From assembly GCA_964016885.1 (NCBI GenBank), contig OZ024742.1, positions 236,778,001-236,842,000 of the forward strand: a stretch of 64,000 bases of DNA, written 5' to 3'. The notes under the pieces are model-generated. The model searched no databases and was not told the DNA's origin. It was given only the letters and a program-made list of their open reading frames with translations. The position numbers were made by a program, and so were the translations under genes. Positions 41,215 to 56,100 of the stretch are shown piece by piece. The stretch's first letter is position 1; each line of letters begins with the position of its first letter. This stretch comes from Eledone cirrhosa. Lineage: Eukaryota.

Positions 41215-43095
41215 CTCTGGCATTAGATAGTTTAGACCAAAATATTTAGTATTCTTGTTTGTTATCCACAAGCTAACAAAATTCACTGTGCAGAGTCGTT
41301 GTGATTTTGAGTTTGTGATTTGTAATCGAGCGCCTATACACATACCATCGTTTCTTGAATTCTTTTGCTGTAGAACCTATGTAGTACCATTCTTGGTCAC
41401 CCGATTTTATGGTACATAGATAGATTAAATTAGATTCAAGGCATACGTTTTGTAGTGGGCATTTATCTGGTAGGTGGCAATTACACTTTGTGGCTTTTCT
41501 GAGTAGCGGCACTACGTTACAGCCCGATGTATGGCTTGTATCAGGCTGGGATGTTGGTCTGTTAACGTTATGTTGGTGCGTTGTATATTGTTGACCGGCT
41601 GGTTGCGATGTAGTTACAGTGTTGTGTTTGATATTGGATGTGCTGGTGGTGTTTGGACCAATATTTTTAGAGATTATTATTGAGTTGAGTTTTTTATGTA
41701 TGTTTCTATATTTGCTGCGGTAGAATATGATAGTTTAATAGTCTTCCTAAAGAAAATGTTATAATATTTATGTGGTTTTGGGAAGTGTTTATCGATTAGA
41801 TTAAAGAAAATAAAGGGTAGATTGATATTGATTGCATAATTGAAAACTGGGTTATACCATAAATATTGTTCATTTTTTCTGGAGATTTTATAGATTTTAG
41901 AAGTTCAAATGTTTTTATTTTGTTCGGCTATTCCCGGTTTATGCTGATTATTTCTACGTCTAGTCCTATGTCTTATTCATATTATAGCGGGCATCATATT
42001 TGTCGCTAGGTGTATGGTCGTTATCACAGATGTATTCGAGCCCATCTTTGGGAACTGTCTTGCGTAATGCGGTGTTGTAACAGTCTGCATGTTCATTAAA
42101 TATTTCTAGTGTAGATGATTGGCGGGATATTATAGGGAATAAACAATGCGTTACTGATTTGATTATGGAATGTGGATGGTTAGATTGATAGTTAATGTAC
42201 GCTAGGTTTTCATCATTTTTATGGAAAGATTCTGTTTAAATTAAGTGTTACATCTAAGAAATTAGCTTTGTTAAAATTATCTTCGAATGTAATTTCGAGG
42301 TCTAGTCTACTAAAGAAGACCTTAATGTTCTTCCGTAACCTTTTCATGCTTTGGTTATTTATGATTTTAGCTAGTAACAGCGCATCGTCTCTGTAGATTC
42401 CTCCTTGGAGGTTATCAAATTCTTTATGGATATTATGTGCTATTTATATTCCGACTAAGTCCGTGACTTGCGCTGAGTCGCTAGATCCCATAGTAATATC
42501 AAAGCTATTTGGTCTATCCCGTTGTTCCCAGTATTGGTTTTCGAATTTAATGATTGTTCTCTTACCATCTATTATTATCCTAATTTCATCCATGGTTAAA
42601 TCTGAAATTTTCTTAGCGAATGTTAGTGCCTTATTTAGGATGACTGGGACGATGGATGAATAGTAATCATTAATATCGAATTGTCTGAATTTGGACGCGC
42701 CCCTATTGTCTATTCTATTAAACCAGTCGATTGCTTCATTAGTGCTACCCCATAGTTTCATCTTTAGTTTATCTTTGATCTGCGCTATTACCCCAACTAG
42801 TATATGCTTGCTAATTCTACTTATGTCAGATTTGGATGGACATATCAGTCTAATTGTAGGGTTTGTTTCGAAATTGTTTTTATGGTCTTTTAGGTTAAAA
42901 GTGGGGCTGCGTGAGGTTAAAGGTTCTGTTCTATCGGCAAGTTCGAGTTTTTTCACTATATTAAATCCTTCGTTGTTAATATCTGCAAGTGTTGCTTCCG
43001 TTGCTTTCCTGTATTTTTTGTGCTGTTCTCTGCGGCTAAAGTTGTTGTAAATGCCTATGTTCATGGTGTATACATTCGACGTTTTGTCCGCCTTA
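41215..43095 (-). pseudogene. Degenerate Naiad-like PLE RT + GIY-YIG
   Basis: ORFs 42444..43064 (QFDINDYYSSI, FDITMGSSDSAQVTDLVG) and 41273..41512 (CNC..CPL..C, LIY..YIGST..FKKRW); GIYRDDAL in between. Confidence 0.92.
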
Positions 43096-44260
43096 ACTAG
43101 AATCCCATCGGTATGTGCATAGGCACTCGATTACAAACCGCAAACTCAAAATCACAACGTCTCTGGCCAGTAAAATTTGGCAGCTTGTGGATAACAAACA
43201 AGAATACCAAATATTTTGGTCTAAACTATTTGATGTCAGAACTTGCACGCACGGGATGACCCAATGCAAATTATGTAATATGGAATTACTCAATATTTTA
43301 CAATATAATAACAAATTATTAAATGACAATATAGAGCGCACTATATATTGTTGGCACAGATACGCCAACACAGTCATAAACTACAAACCACAATAGACGG
43401 GATTCGATCCAATAACCTAACAGTTTATATAGATACGATAATTTCTCAGACTTATAGCATTTGAAATCTAGGCGCCACTAGATAGTCTAAAATACCTTTC
43501 TTACTACCATACCAAGACGCCAGGTTATATATCTATTATTCCTTATCTTACAAATTTAGCCATTTATTTACCACTAATCTCAATAGCACCATAAATAATC
43601 AAAATATTTAACCGATCAAATGCACCCCACTGCCTCATTGAAGCCATTAAAAACCCACCAATCTAACATCCTCAAAGGACGAGCTCTTAATCAAGAGAAG
43701 CTGACATTGTAAAGACACATATAATCTAAGAACGCTGTCAATATATCTCCCGTTATTCTCTTCACATCTAGTATAATTTATTTTATTTTATTTTATAACA
43801 TACTTTGTATATCCATTCTTCACTTTTATTATCATATTATTTTATCTTGAATTTTCATTCAACAAGTTTATTGCCCACCGAACATATGAGTCCTTAAATT
43901 TATTTATTTTATTTTTCATCTTGATGTTTATATGATTTAGTATAAAAACGTTGTATCGCTGATTCCAAAATCAATGTTTTGATAATGTGACTAGTATGAA
44001 CAGTATTTAAAATCGACTTTCACAATAACATTGTAGATAGCGATTTTAAGGCACAATCGATTGAACACTAGGCAATGAAACATATGTTAAAGCTTGGAAT
44101 AAATATCCGTGTTAATCTTCATTCTTTCGTTATTAATACTCCAGGAACTACTAACATTGGAATTGTCCGAAAACAGCCTTCCGAACAACACAACTAAGTA
44201 AACATCTTGTTGAGTCAACCAACGTTACTACGTTATTTTTTACCAAACCCAACTACGGGA
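43095..44260 (+). mobile_element. Inverted 3' copy (endonuclease C-terminus + 3'UTR/pLTR) of the PLE at 41215-43095
   Basis: 43100-43240 is a diverged reverse complement of 41220-41350; CKLC..E and CWH motifs; hammerhead 3' half attg..caat-GAAA-catatg-TT near 44060-44090. Confidence 0.8.
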
Positions 44261-44916
44261 AAAAAAAAAAAAAAACTCGGTAGAAATCGTGCAGTGTTTA
44301 GGTGGGAAAACAATAGACTGTTGGTAGTGTCGTTAAACACTACACACAGGTATACCTAATGCAGGGGGGCTGCGTTGGGGTGCGATGTTGAAGGCCTGGA
44401 AATATGATGCCAATTCGGATCGAAATTGTATGTTCATATGTTCAATTTATCTAAGATGGTACTCGGGTTCAGGCAGCAGGTTCATAAAATTATTTTAACC
44501 CGGTCCGGCCAAGAGGAAGAATATAGCGGGGTGGTCCCAACTGAGTAGGTGCTGTGCAGCCGCCAGGTGGGAAAACGGTGGGTGATTGGTGGTGTTATTC
44601 CACGCTGTATATTGGTAAACCTACCGCTGGCGGGTCAGGCCAGGGTGCGGTGCGGAGAGCCGTAGGGATACGGAGTTATTCAGGTTCAGGGTCCATCTGT
44701 AGAATGATTGTTGCAGTCGGTGGCCGCAATTGATAAAATAAAGCACCAGTAATCCACTGGTGTAATTGCTGGCCTTGTGCCAAAAGTAGAAACATTATTC
44801 CCCCCCCCCCCCTCCTCCTCCTCCTCCTCCTCCTCCTCCCCCTCCTCCTCCTCCTCATCATCATCATCATCATCATCATCACCATTATCATTCTTCTCCT
44901 CATTATCATCATCATC

Positions 44917-44947
<31 letters not shown>

Positions 44948-45039
44948 TAGTAGTAGTAGTACAATTCAATCGACATCATTACCATCATCAACATCGCCAT
45001 CTTTTCTATCACCACGGTGATGATGACTACCACCTTCCT

Positions 45040-48000
45040 CATCATCACAACCATTATCACAACCATCACAACCATCATCACACCATCATCACAACCATCA
45101 GCACAACCATCATCACAACTATCATCACACCATCATCACAACCATCATCACAACCATCATCACAACCATCATCACAACTATCATCACACCATCATCACAA
45201 CCATCATCACAACTATCATCACAACCATCATCACAACCATCATCACAACCATCACAACCATCATCACAACCATCATCACAACTATCATCACACCATCATC
45301 ACAACCATCATCACAACCATCATCACAACCATCATCACAACTATCATCACAACCATCATCACAACCATCATCACAACCATCATCACAACTATCATCACAC
45401 CATCATCACAACCATCATCACAACCATCACAACCATCATCACAACCATCATCACAACTATCATCACAACCATCATCACAACCATCATCACAACCATCACA
45501 ACCATCATCACAACCATCATCACAACTATCATCACAACCATCATCACAACCATCATCACAACCATCATCACAACTATCATCACACCATCATCACAACCAT
45601 CATCACAACCATCATCACAACTATCATCACACCATCATCACAACCATCATCACAACCATCATCACAACTATCATCACAACCATCCTCACAACCATCATCA
45701 CAACCATCATCACAACTATCATCACAACTATCATCACAACTATCATCACAACTATCATCACAACCATCATCACAACCATCATCACAACCATCATCACAAC
45801 TATCATCACAACCATCATCACAACCATCATCACAACTATCATCACAACTATCATCACAACCATCATCACAACCATCATCACAACCATCATCACAACCATC
45901 ACAACCATCATCACAACCATCATCACAACCATCATCACAACCATCATCACAACCATCATCATAACCATCATCACAACCATCATCACAACCATCATCACAA
46001 CCATCATCACAACCATCATCACAACCATCATCACAACCATCACAACTATCATCACAACCATCATCACAACCATCACAACCATCATCACAACCATCATCAC
46101 AACCATCATCACAACCATCATCACAACCATCACAACCATCATCACAACCATCATCACAACCATCATCATAACCATCATCACAACCATCATCACAACTATC
46201 ATCACAACCATCATCACAACCATCATCACAACCATCATCACAACTATCATCACAACCATCATCACAACCATCATCACAACCATCATCACAACCATCATCA
46301 CAACCATCATCACAACCATCACAACCATCATCACAACCATCATCACAACTATCATCACAACCATCACAACTATCATCACAACCATCATCACAACCATCAC
46401 AACCATCATCACAACCATCATCACAACCATCATCACAACCATCATCACAACCATCATCACAACCATCATCACAACCATCATCACAACCATCATCACAACC
46501 ATCATCACAACCATCATCACAACCATCACAACCATCATCACAACCATCATCACAACCATCATCACAACCATCATCACAACCATCACAACCATCATCACAA
46601 CCATCATCACAACCATCATCATAACCATCATCACAACCATCATCACAACTATCATCACAACCATCATCACAACCATCATCACAACCATCATCACAACTAT
46701 CATCACAACCATCATCACAACCATCATCACAACCATCATCACAACCATCATCACAACCATCATCACAACCATCATCACAACTATCATCACAACCATCACA
46801 ACTATCATCACAACCATCATCACAACCATCACAACCATCATCACAACCATCATCACAACCATCATCACAACCATCATCACAACCATCATCACAACCATCA
46901 TCACAACCATCATCACAACCATCATCACAACCATCATCACAACCATCATCACAACCATCATCACAACCATCATCACAACCATCATCACAACCATCATCAC
47001 AACTATCATCACAACCATCACAACTATCATCACAACCATCATCACAACCATCACAACCATCATCACAACCATCATCACAACCATCATCACAACCATCATC
47101 ACAACCATCATCACAACCATCATCACAACCATCATCACAACCATCATCACAACCATCATCACAACCATCATCACAACCATCATCACAACCATCATCACAA
47201 CCATCATCACAACTATCATCACAACCATCATCACAACCATCATCACAACCATCATCACAACCATCATCACAATCATCATCACAACCATCATCACAACTAT
47301 CATCACAACCATCATCACAACCATCATCACAACCATCATCACAACCATCATCACAACCATCATCACAACTATCATCACAACCATCACAACTATCATCACA
47401 ACCATCATCACAACCATCACAACCATCATCACAACCATCATCACAACCATCATCACAACCATCATCACAACCATCATCACAACCATCATCACAACCATCA
47501 TCACAACCATCATCACAACCATCATCACAACCATCATCACAACCATCATCACAACCATCATCACAACCATCATCACAACCATCATCACAACCATCATCAC
47601 AACCATCATCACAACCATCATCACAACCATCATCACAACTATCATCACAACCATCATCACAACCATCATCACAACCATCATCACAACCATCATCACAATC
47701 ATCATCACAACCATCATCACAACTATCATCACAACCATCATCACAACCATCATCACAACCATCATCACAACCATCATCACAACCATCATCACAACCATCA
47801 TCACAACCATCATCACAACCATCATCACAACCATCATCACAACCATCATCACAACCATCATCACAACTATCATCACAACCATCACAACTATCATCACAAC
47901 CATCATCACAACCATCACAACCATCATCACAACCATCATCACAACCATCATCACAACCATCATCACAACCATCATCACAACCATCATCACAACCATCATC

Positions 48001-49148
48001 ACAACCATCATCACAACCATCATCACAACCATCATCACAACCATCATCACAACCATCATCACAACCATCATCACAACTATCATCACAACCATCATCACAA
48101 CCATCATCACAACCATCATCACAACCATCATCACAACTATCATCACAACCATCATCACAACCATCATCACAACCATCATCACAACCATCATCACAACTAT
48201 CATCACAACCATCATCACAACCATCATCACAACCATCATCACAACCATCATCACAACCATCATCACAACCATCATCACAACTATCATCACAACCATCATC
48301 ACAACCATCATCACAACCATCATCACAACCATCATCACAACCATCATCACAACCATCATCACAACCATCATCACAACCATCATCACAACCATCATCACAA
48401 CCATCATCACAACCATCATCACAATCATCATCACAACCATCATCACAACTATCATCACAACCATCATCACAACCATCATCACAACCATCATCACAACCAT
48501 CATCACAACCATCATCACAACCATCATCACAACCATCATCACAACTATCATCACAACCATCATCACAACCATCATCACAACCATCATCACAACCATCATC
48601 ACAATCATCATCACAACCATCATCACAACTATCATCACAACCATCATCACAACCATCATCACAACCATCATCACAACCATCATCACAACCATCATCACAA
48701 CCATCATCACAACCATCATCACAACTATCATCACAACCATCATCACAACCATCATCACAACCATCATCACAACCATCATCACAATCATCATCACAACCAT
48801 CATCACAACTATCATCACAACCATCATCACAACCATCATCACAACCATCATCACAACCATCATCACAACCATCATCACAACCATCATCACAACCATCATC
48901 ACAACTATCATCACAACCATCATCACAACCATCATCACAACCATCATCACAATCATCATCACAACCATCATCACAACCATCATCACAACCATCATCACAA
49001 CCATCATCACAACCATCACAACCATCATCACAACCATCATCACAACCATCATCACAACCATCATCACAACCATCATCACAACCATCACAACCATCATCAC
49101 AACCATCACAACCATCATCACAACCATCATCACAACCATCATCACAAC
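45040..49148. repeat. 4.1-kb satellite of the 12-mer CATCATCACAAC with 9-mer and point variants
   Basis: Direct reading; ~340 units. Confidence 0.98.
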
Positions 49149-49284
49149 ATCTCACCCACCTGACTAAGAACTCTTCAACTGTGGAAGGAACTGCCACTTG
49201 TATGGAAAGCTTTAACAGATCGATAAATGAGACAGTTAATACTAACAGATCGATAATCAGTCAGTTAATTCTAATAGATAGATA

Positions 49285-49360
49285 ATAGTGGTGGTGGTGG
49301 TGGTGGTGGTGGTGGTTGTGTTGGTGGTGGTGGTGGTAGTGGTGGTGGTGGTGCTGGTGG

Positions 49361-49391
<31 letters not shown>

Positions 49392-49513
49392 AGTGATAAT
49401 GCTGATGATTATAACGACGAAGATAATGACGATGATGATGATGATGGTGGTGGTGGTGGTGCAGTTGATGTTGATTATGACGACAACGATAATGATGAAG
49501 ATGATGAGGATGA

Positions 49514-49544
<31 letters not shown>

Positions 49545-49806
49545 TGGTAGCGATGTTGCTGATGACGACGGTGGTCATGATAATGTTGATAATGATGACG
49601 ATGGTGATGATAATGCCGATGCTGATGATGATCAGAAGGGTGACAAGGACGGCGATCATGTTGACGATGATGATGATGACGACAATGACAATGATGATGT
49701 TGACGATGAGGACGATGATGATGTTGACGATGAGGACGATGATGATGTTGACGATGAGGACGATGATGATGGTGATGATGAGGACGATGATGATGGTGAT
49801 GATGAT
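49285..49806. repeat. (GGT)n/(GAT)n-rich low-complexity tract
   Basis: Direct reading. Confidence 0.9.
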
Positions 49807-49894
49807 GTTACCATGGACATGCCGATGAAACTGTTGCAAGCCATCTGCTGAATGAAAGACCTGAACAGTGAAGGACTGCCATAAGTTAGACATA

Positions 49895-50781
49895 CGAGGT
49901 GTGTCAGAAAAGTTCCAGGACTGATGTCACAAAAGATTTATTTCAAACCCAAACTTCACACTAAGAGTTTTCTCCTTCAAAGTAATCCCCCTGGGGTCTA
50001 ATGCACTTTTTCCATCCTTTTATACCACGCTTGCATGCACTCTTGGAAGGATTCTTCCGGGATCCTCCCGCACTTCCGTCGTCACGGCCTTTTTGATGTC
50101 GTCCACGTCTTCAAAACGGGTCCCCTCCAGGTCGTACTCGAAGATCCATAACTCATCACCGGTGATGACTGTCCCTAGCAAGTCTGGTTCGGTTTCAAAA
50201 CGCTCGAGGATGTCCTGGAACACTTGCATGCGTCGACCCTTCTGGTCATCGTTTAGCAGTTTTGGCACCATCTTCGCGCAGACTTTCCGTATGTCCAAAT
50301 CTTCAGTGAGAATCTTCCAGATTCATGCCCAGCTCATTTGCCATCAGTCGAACAGTCAGCCGACGATCGCTACGCACCGTCTGCCTGACGCGCTCAACGT
50401 TGACCTCAGTCCTGGTTGTTGAAGGCCTTCCGCTTCTGAGGTCATCTTCCACGTCCTCGCGTCCTTCTTTAAACCTCGTGCACCACTCAAAAACACGTGT
50501 GCGTGACATCGTCTCATCTCCGTACACTTGCTGCAGCAATCCCAGTGCATCTGACGGAGTTTTCAAGTTTGTTCGTTGCTCTGTGCTCATTGCTTGACGA
50601 CCTGAAACAGAGGACATGTATATAAAATTATGAAGAAAAAAGTTTGATCGCTGAAGAGAGCTAAGATTACAGTTACATACTCCGAGGGGATTACTTTGAA
50701 GGAGAAAACTCTTAGTGTGAAGTTTGGGTTTGAAATAAATCTTTTGTGACATCAGTCCTGGAACTTTTCTGGCACACCTCC
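49895..50781 (-). mobile_element. Internally deleted mariner (Tc1/mariner) transposon, ~96-bp TIRs, TA TSD
   Basis: TIR cgaggtgtgtcagaaaagttcc...agtaatcccc at both ends; TA at 49893-94 and 50782-83; transposase motifs MSRTRVFEWCTRFKEGREDVEDDLRSGRPST and ITGDELW; catalytic middle deleted. Confidence 0.95.
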
Positions 50782-51145
50782 TAGTTAATGGCCTGAATTC
50801 AATTTCATTTTTTGCAGGTGTTCCACGAGATACATTTTGGCTATTATTGTTGTTGTTGTTGTTGTTAGCGATACCATCTGCTGTGCTGGCAATGGTAGCC
50901 AATTTTACAATAGTGGTGGTGTAAGTGGTACCAATGTTAGAGTCGCTGTCACGTGATAGCTGTCTTAATTCTATGGAGCGTATTCCATCCATGTTTTCTT
51001 GACAAGAAATCTTTTGAAAAAATATAGCCCATGGCCCAAATATTATGGGGTCGCCTTTACACAGTGCAATGTGTGGCGCCTTATAAACAGTTTGTGACAG
51101 AAATAAAAGTATGAATACAATGTAAACACATAAAATAAACAAAAC

Positions 51146-52150
51146 TTACGGAGCGATATTCACATGCGCCATGATAGTGCTCTCTTTCAAGAATGTGTCG
51201 CTACCACTTCGTATCACATAGGCTAGGACCCACCAGACGTTCAGTCTTGGCGAGATACCACCGATTCTGACCCTTACGTTCCTTCTTCCGCGGTACGAAG
51301 GGTATAGAACGTATTGCTCTGTTCGAATGGGGACCACAGAGTATTTGACGGACAGCTCTTCGGTTTTTAAGAGCGCTGAAATGGCCGCGTGTTGTTTGGC
51401 TCTTGTAATATGCTCTATATTCGGCGTAATGCCTTTTAGTGCCTTTCAGCACCCACTTTGATATGTTACCTCTGGCCGTCTCGATTGTATTGCAACAGTT
51501 CTGTATATCAAAGTTTCTTTTTCTCTAGCCACCAGCCCCTCAGATGGGATGGCTATTACTGCTTTTCTATTTTGTATTTTAATTAATTGTGTGGCTTGTA
51601 CTTGGAGTTCATCTTTATTTAGGATGTCCAGAACGAATAGTTCATTGGCTTTCGCAGCTACAGCTGTAGTTGTGTTATTGTTGTTGTAGATGTAGACTTT
51701 GTTGTTGCTGTTGGTGCCGTTGTTGCTGTTGCCGTTGCTGCTGTTGTCTTCATTTTCACTATTGTTGGGGTTGTTGTTGTGCTGGTGGTTGTTGATGCTG
51801 TTGCTGTTGTTACTGTCGTTGCTACTGCTCTGGCTGTCGATGGTGGCGTTGGTGGTGATGTCTATAGTGATGATGGTGACATTGTTGTTCTTCCTCTTTA
51901 GAGCGCCCTCCGAATCCCTTTCCCGCCTTGGCAGGAGTTGGATGGGTTGTAACCTCCATTTTTGTTTTATACAACAAATTTTACAACACAATTTCAAATT
52001 TCAAGTTCATATATTTGGGCCCAAGACCCAAATATCATGCGCAATCCCTTCTTCAATCAGAGCAATAACAACATTTTAAAACAAAAACCTATATAAATGG
52101 ATGTACACAAACAAAACTTACGGAGCGTAAACAACCATGGCGTATCGTTC
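51146..52150 (-). pseudogene. Probable decayed LINE 5' end with ORF1-like sequence
   Basis: Near-continuous frame with one stop: EKETLIYRT...YVLYPSYRGRRNVRVRIGGISP. Resemblance to Tx1-type ORF1 is from memory only. Confidence 0.4.
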
Positions 52151-52723
52151 AGAGAAAAACAATAATGGTTTCTGATTTAGGCACAAGGCAAACAGTTTAG
52201 GGTAGAGGAAATTCGATTAACTCGACATCAGTATTTGACTGGTACGTATTTTATTGACCCCGGAAGAATGAAAAGCAAAATTGATGTCGGCGTGAAGACC
52301 CGTAATTGAATGCTTCAAAATATTTCGTACGATTCTGTAATACTATCTACAATAGGATTTATGAGAAAAAAGAATAGATAAATTATAAAATTTAGTTATC
52401 ATTTAATAAATTAGTTCGAGTTGGTATCACATCAAAAAGGAGTTTCTCATAATTGAGTTTCAAGCTCTTGATTTAGTAAATCACTAAACTCGCTTTAAAA
52501 ATTGATCCAAACGATTGAATCACCCTGTAGAACATTTTATCATCGATTCCTGTTATGAGCAACGTGCTGTAGTTTTTCGTTTTTCTTTTTCTTTTTAAAG
52601 TAAAAATAGTATACGGAAAAAACACGTTATATAGTATAGTCTTAGATACACTATGTGTTATGGCAATAAAAGATGAGATGGTTATCAACGTTGGTTAAAC
52701 AACAACAGTAACAAGGTGAACTG

Positions 52724-52802
<79 letters not shown>

Positions 52803-54243
52803 CACCACCACCACCAGTAGTAGTAGTAGTAGTAGTAGTAAACACTCTACTCTCTGTATGTATACTGTTTATACTCTGTTCATTCTCATCTAAACGTTGA
52901 GCCAGTGTATACCAGTTACCTATTTGTATGCCTCCAAATCCAGATTTCCATGCATCTCAAGAAAACATCGACCCTGTTTCTTTATGAACAACAGATCAAC
53001 ATTTGTGAATCTAAATATTATCCTGAAAATAAATATTACGCTGAAAGATTTAATTTTACAACGCCATTATGCCCTTATGTGCGCATATCAAAATATCTAT
53101 AAGAACCATGCGGCTTTATGTATATGTTATGACTCATAAACACATAGATATTATTATTGTAATTGATTGAGAGCGTTAGACTGGTAGTACCATTAGAGCG
53201 TCGTATAGAATGCTTTGCGGCATTTATTCTGGCTTTTTTCCTTCTGAGTACAAATCCCGCTGAAGTCAACCTTGCTTGTCATCCTCAAAGTACTGGTTAA
53301 GAATTCAGGTAGATATAATGGACTTTATCGTTGCTCTAAATTGCTGGCCTATGCTAGAAAGAATTATTACTGCAATTTGACTTTTATTAATTTAGTGTTC
53401 ATTTTGGCTTCTGCTTATTGATCCTTTGTTTCGAATTATTGTGTGAGTTTCAACCCCTCGAAAGTAGTATCCGTGCAATAGTAGACTTCATATTATCTAA
53501 AAAAAAATACACTAAACTATTCGATATTTACGAGCATGGCCGCCTCTGTGTGTGTATGTTTATAAAACCTAATTCGGTATAGTATCCATATAACATGTTT
53601 CACTCACAAGGTATCAACTAATCCGAATCTATGGTGCGGCGCAGAGGAATGAAATCTGGAACTGTGGGCTTGTGAAACAAACTTCGTAACCACACAAGCA
53701 TGACTGCTAGTATATATATATTTTTTTCATACAATTTTTCAGACAGCAATTTTTATGTAATTGTTCACTAAACATAAAAAAAAATAATATAACAAGCTAA
53801 ATACATATTTCATTATTAAAAGAACATTTCTACTTTAAACTAATAACATCGAATAACAAAACAGAACACCTATGTAATATACACATATCTGTACCTGCAA
53901 CCAATATTTGACTGATTACGTTTTATTTTATTTAGAAAATTTAAGAACGACAGGGAATTTAAAAATTAAATCTAATTCTAAAAATTCTCAGTGGTATGCA
54001 TTACGATCAGATAAATTTAGAAATATTTATTTTTAAAACAGCTCCAATTTTAACGAACAAAACATATTGGCTTATAAATGTATTATTACATTGAACTGAT
54101 ATGATACATACATACATACATAATACATACTTATATATACATATATACACACACTCGCACTCGCACACACACGCACACACGCACGCACACACACACATAC
54201 ACACACACAGACACACACACAGATGTATAAAACTCTGTGTATG

Positions 54244-54306
<63 letters not shown>

Positions 54307-54421
54307 CTGTGCGCGTGAGTGTTCAGGTCTAGTAATCTTGGTAGTCCACAAAGGCAGCACAGCTCAATATTGATTATATATATAATACACACACATACAC
54401 ACAAATATATATATATATATG

Positions 54422-54453
<32 letters not shown>

Positions 54454-54460
54454 TATACAT

Positions 54461-54519
<59 letters not shown>

Positions 54520-54689
54520 CTTGAAAAGGTGGTTGGCACTTTATTCTGTTTTATCGTTCCCGTCGTTTGGTTTGATATTGTTACGCAGTTATCTGCTGCA
54601 TTAAATATTGTGAAGAGAAATATCATGCCACAACACTGCCATTATGGTATGGCCAAACCTAGGGAGAATATGTATATTCAGGCCATCTA

Positions 54690-54860
54690 CACCGGCCAAA
54701 ATACTATATATTCTCGCTTGTTTTCACGTTTCAGCAGAAAGCAGCAGGGAAGCATTGTTCCGATGAGAGCCATTAGCTTGAAATGGACATAGACAGTTGT
54801 CCCTCGCTGCTTCTGCTGGGATCCGCTAGACGGCGTTGGCCGGCAACCTTTATTCATAGC
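54690..54860 (+). mobile_element. Diverged family C pLTR module with degenerate hammerhead at 54754-54797
   Basis: attgtt-CCGATGA-gagc catta gctt-GAAA-tggaca-TA-gacagt, then tgtccc...gcttctgctgg as at 27880. Confidence 0.6.
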
Positions 54861-55030
54861 TAGATTTCAAAATGTTTGTTTATTAAACATATCGTATATA
54901 CCAGGAGTGAGAGAACTTTAATATCAGATGACGTGATATAACTTTAATGTCTGACAATATAGATTAATATAAGATAAATATAACATCAGCTACCATCAGA
55001 TAATGTATTTATATATACGAAATTCACAAA

Positions 55031-55122
<92 letters not shown>

Positions 55123-55304
55123 TATGATAGTAGAACACTGGTTGGTTATATCCGTAGTAGTAGAGCACCCAGTCCGTGGGACGTGTTTTGATCTCGGAGT
55201 ACAGAGCTGAAACAAAAGCTGTATGCATTGTATCCAACATCATAACGACTCTGCCACTTCGCCCCCTCATTCCTAAATTCCACTAACTACCAAATAGAAC
55301 TTCT

Positions 55305-55622
55305 GACTTCTGTCGGTTTCGACGACAAGTGTTCCAGTTGTTCACTCAACGGAACAGCCTGTTCAAGAAACTAACATGCAAATGACTGAGCATTCAACAC
55401 ACATGTGTACCTTAACGTAGTTCTTTGGTAGAACTACGTGGCGTAGTGTTTGACAAAGCTGGCCCTTTCAACTTTAAGTACAACTAATTTTTCTCCCGCT
55501 GAATGGACAGAAACAACCTGAAATAAAGTGTCATGTTCAAGGATGCAACAGCTGCCATGAATCTAACTCACGGTATTATGATAGTAAGCCGATCACACTA
55601 ACCATTAAGCTGCACGCCTTCG
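55305..55622 (-). mobile_element. SINE family B
   Basis: Similarity to 33455-34015. Confidence 0.75.
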
Positions 55623-56067
55623 CACCCGGCCCTGTTATTAACTAATAAATAGAACTTTTGAGAATTGAGAATAGAATATGAGATATGGTAGAAGTTAGAT
55701 GGTAACTGATGGAGGAACTGTCAGGTTAAGCAGCTTTCTGACAATAACAAACCGATTAACACAACTCATGTCAGATAAAGCAATATATATTTTTAAAGAC
55801 CAACAGTTATACATACATACATACATACATACATACATACATACATACATACATACATACACGCATATATGTATATTTATGTATATATATATAATTTATA
55901 TACACGCACGCACATATAAACACATATATATATATGCACACACACACACACTCAAATATATATATATATATGTATATATATGCATAACCTAATATATTCC
56001 TTCCATATACTGTACCGATTGTGTTGTTATTTCTGTTTAAAATTTACACACACACGCACGCACACAC

Positions 56068-56100
<33 letters not shown>

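Noticed and set aside
45580-49197. 1205-aa (DDGC)n and 1172-aa (MMVV)n ORFs as metal-binding or structural proteins
   Set aside because: Stop-free frames follow automatically from a 12/9-bp satellite; several frames on both strands are open and the array grades into a (CAT)n microsatellite.
49288-49851. Acidic Asp-rich ORF
   Set aside because: (GAT)n/(GGT)n low-complexity tract open in several frames.
51000-51180. Protein kinase subdomain VIII-IX look-alike (EYRS / NIWAMGYIF) around a GT-AG intron
   Set aside because: Frames do not join without stops and no other kinase motifs are nearby.
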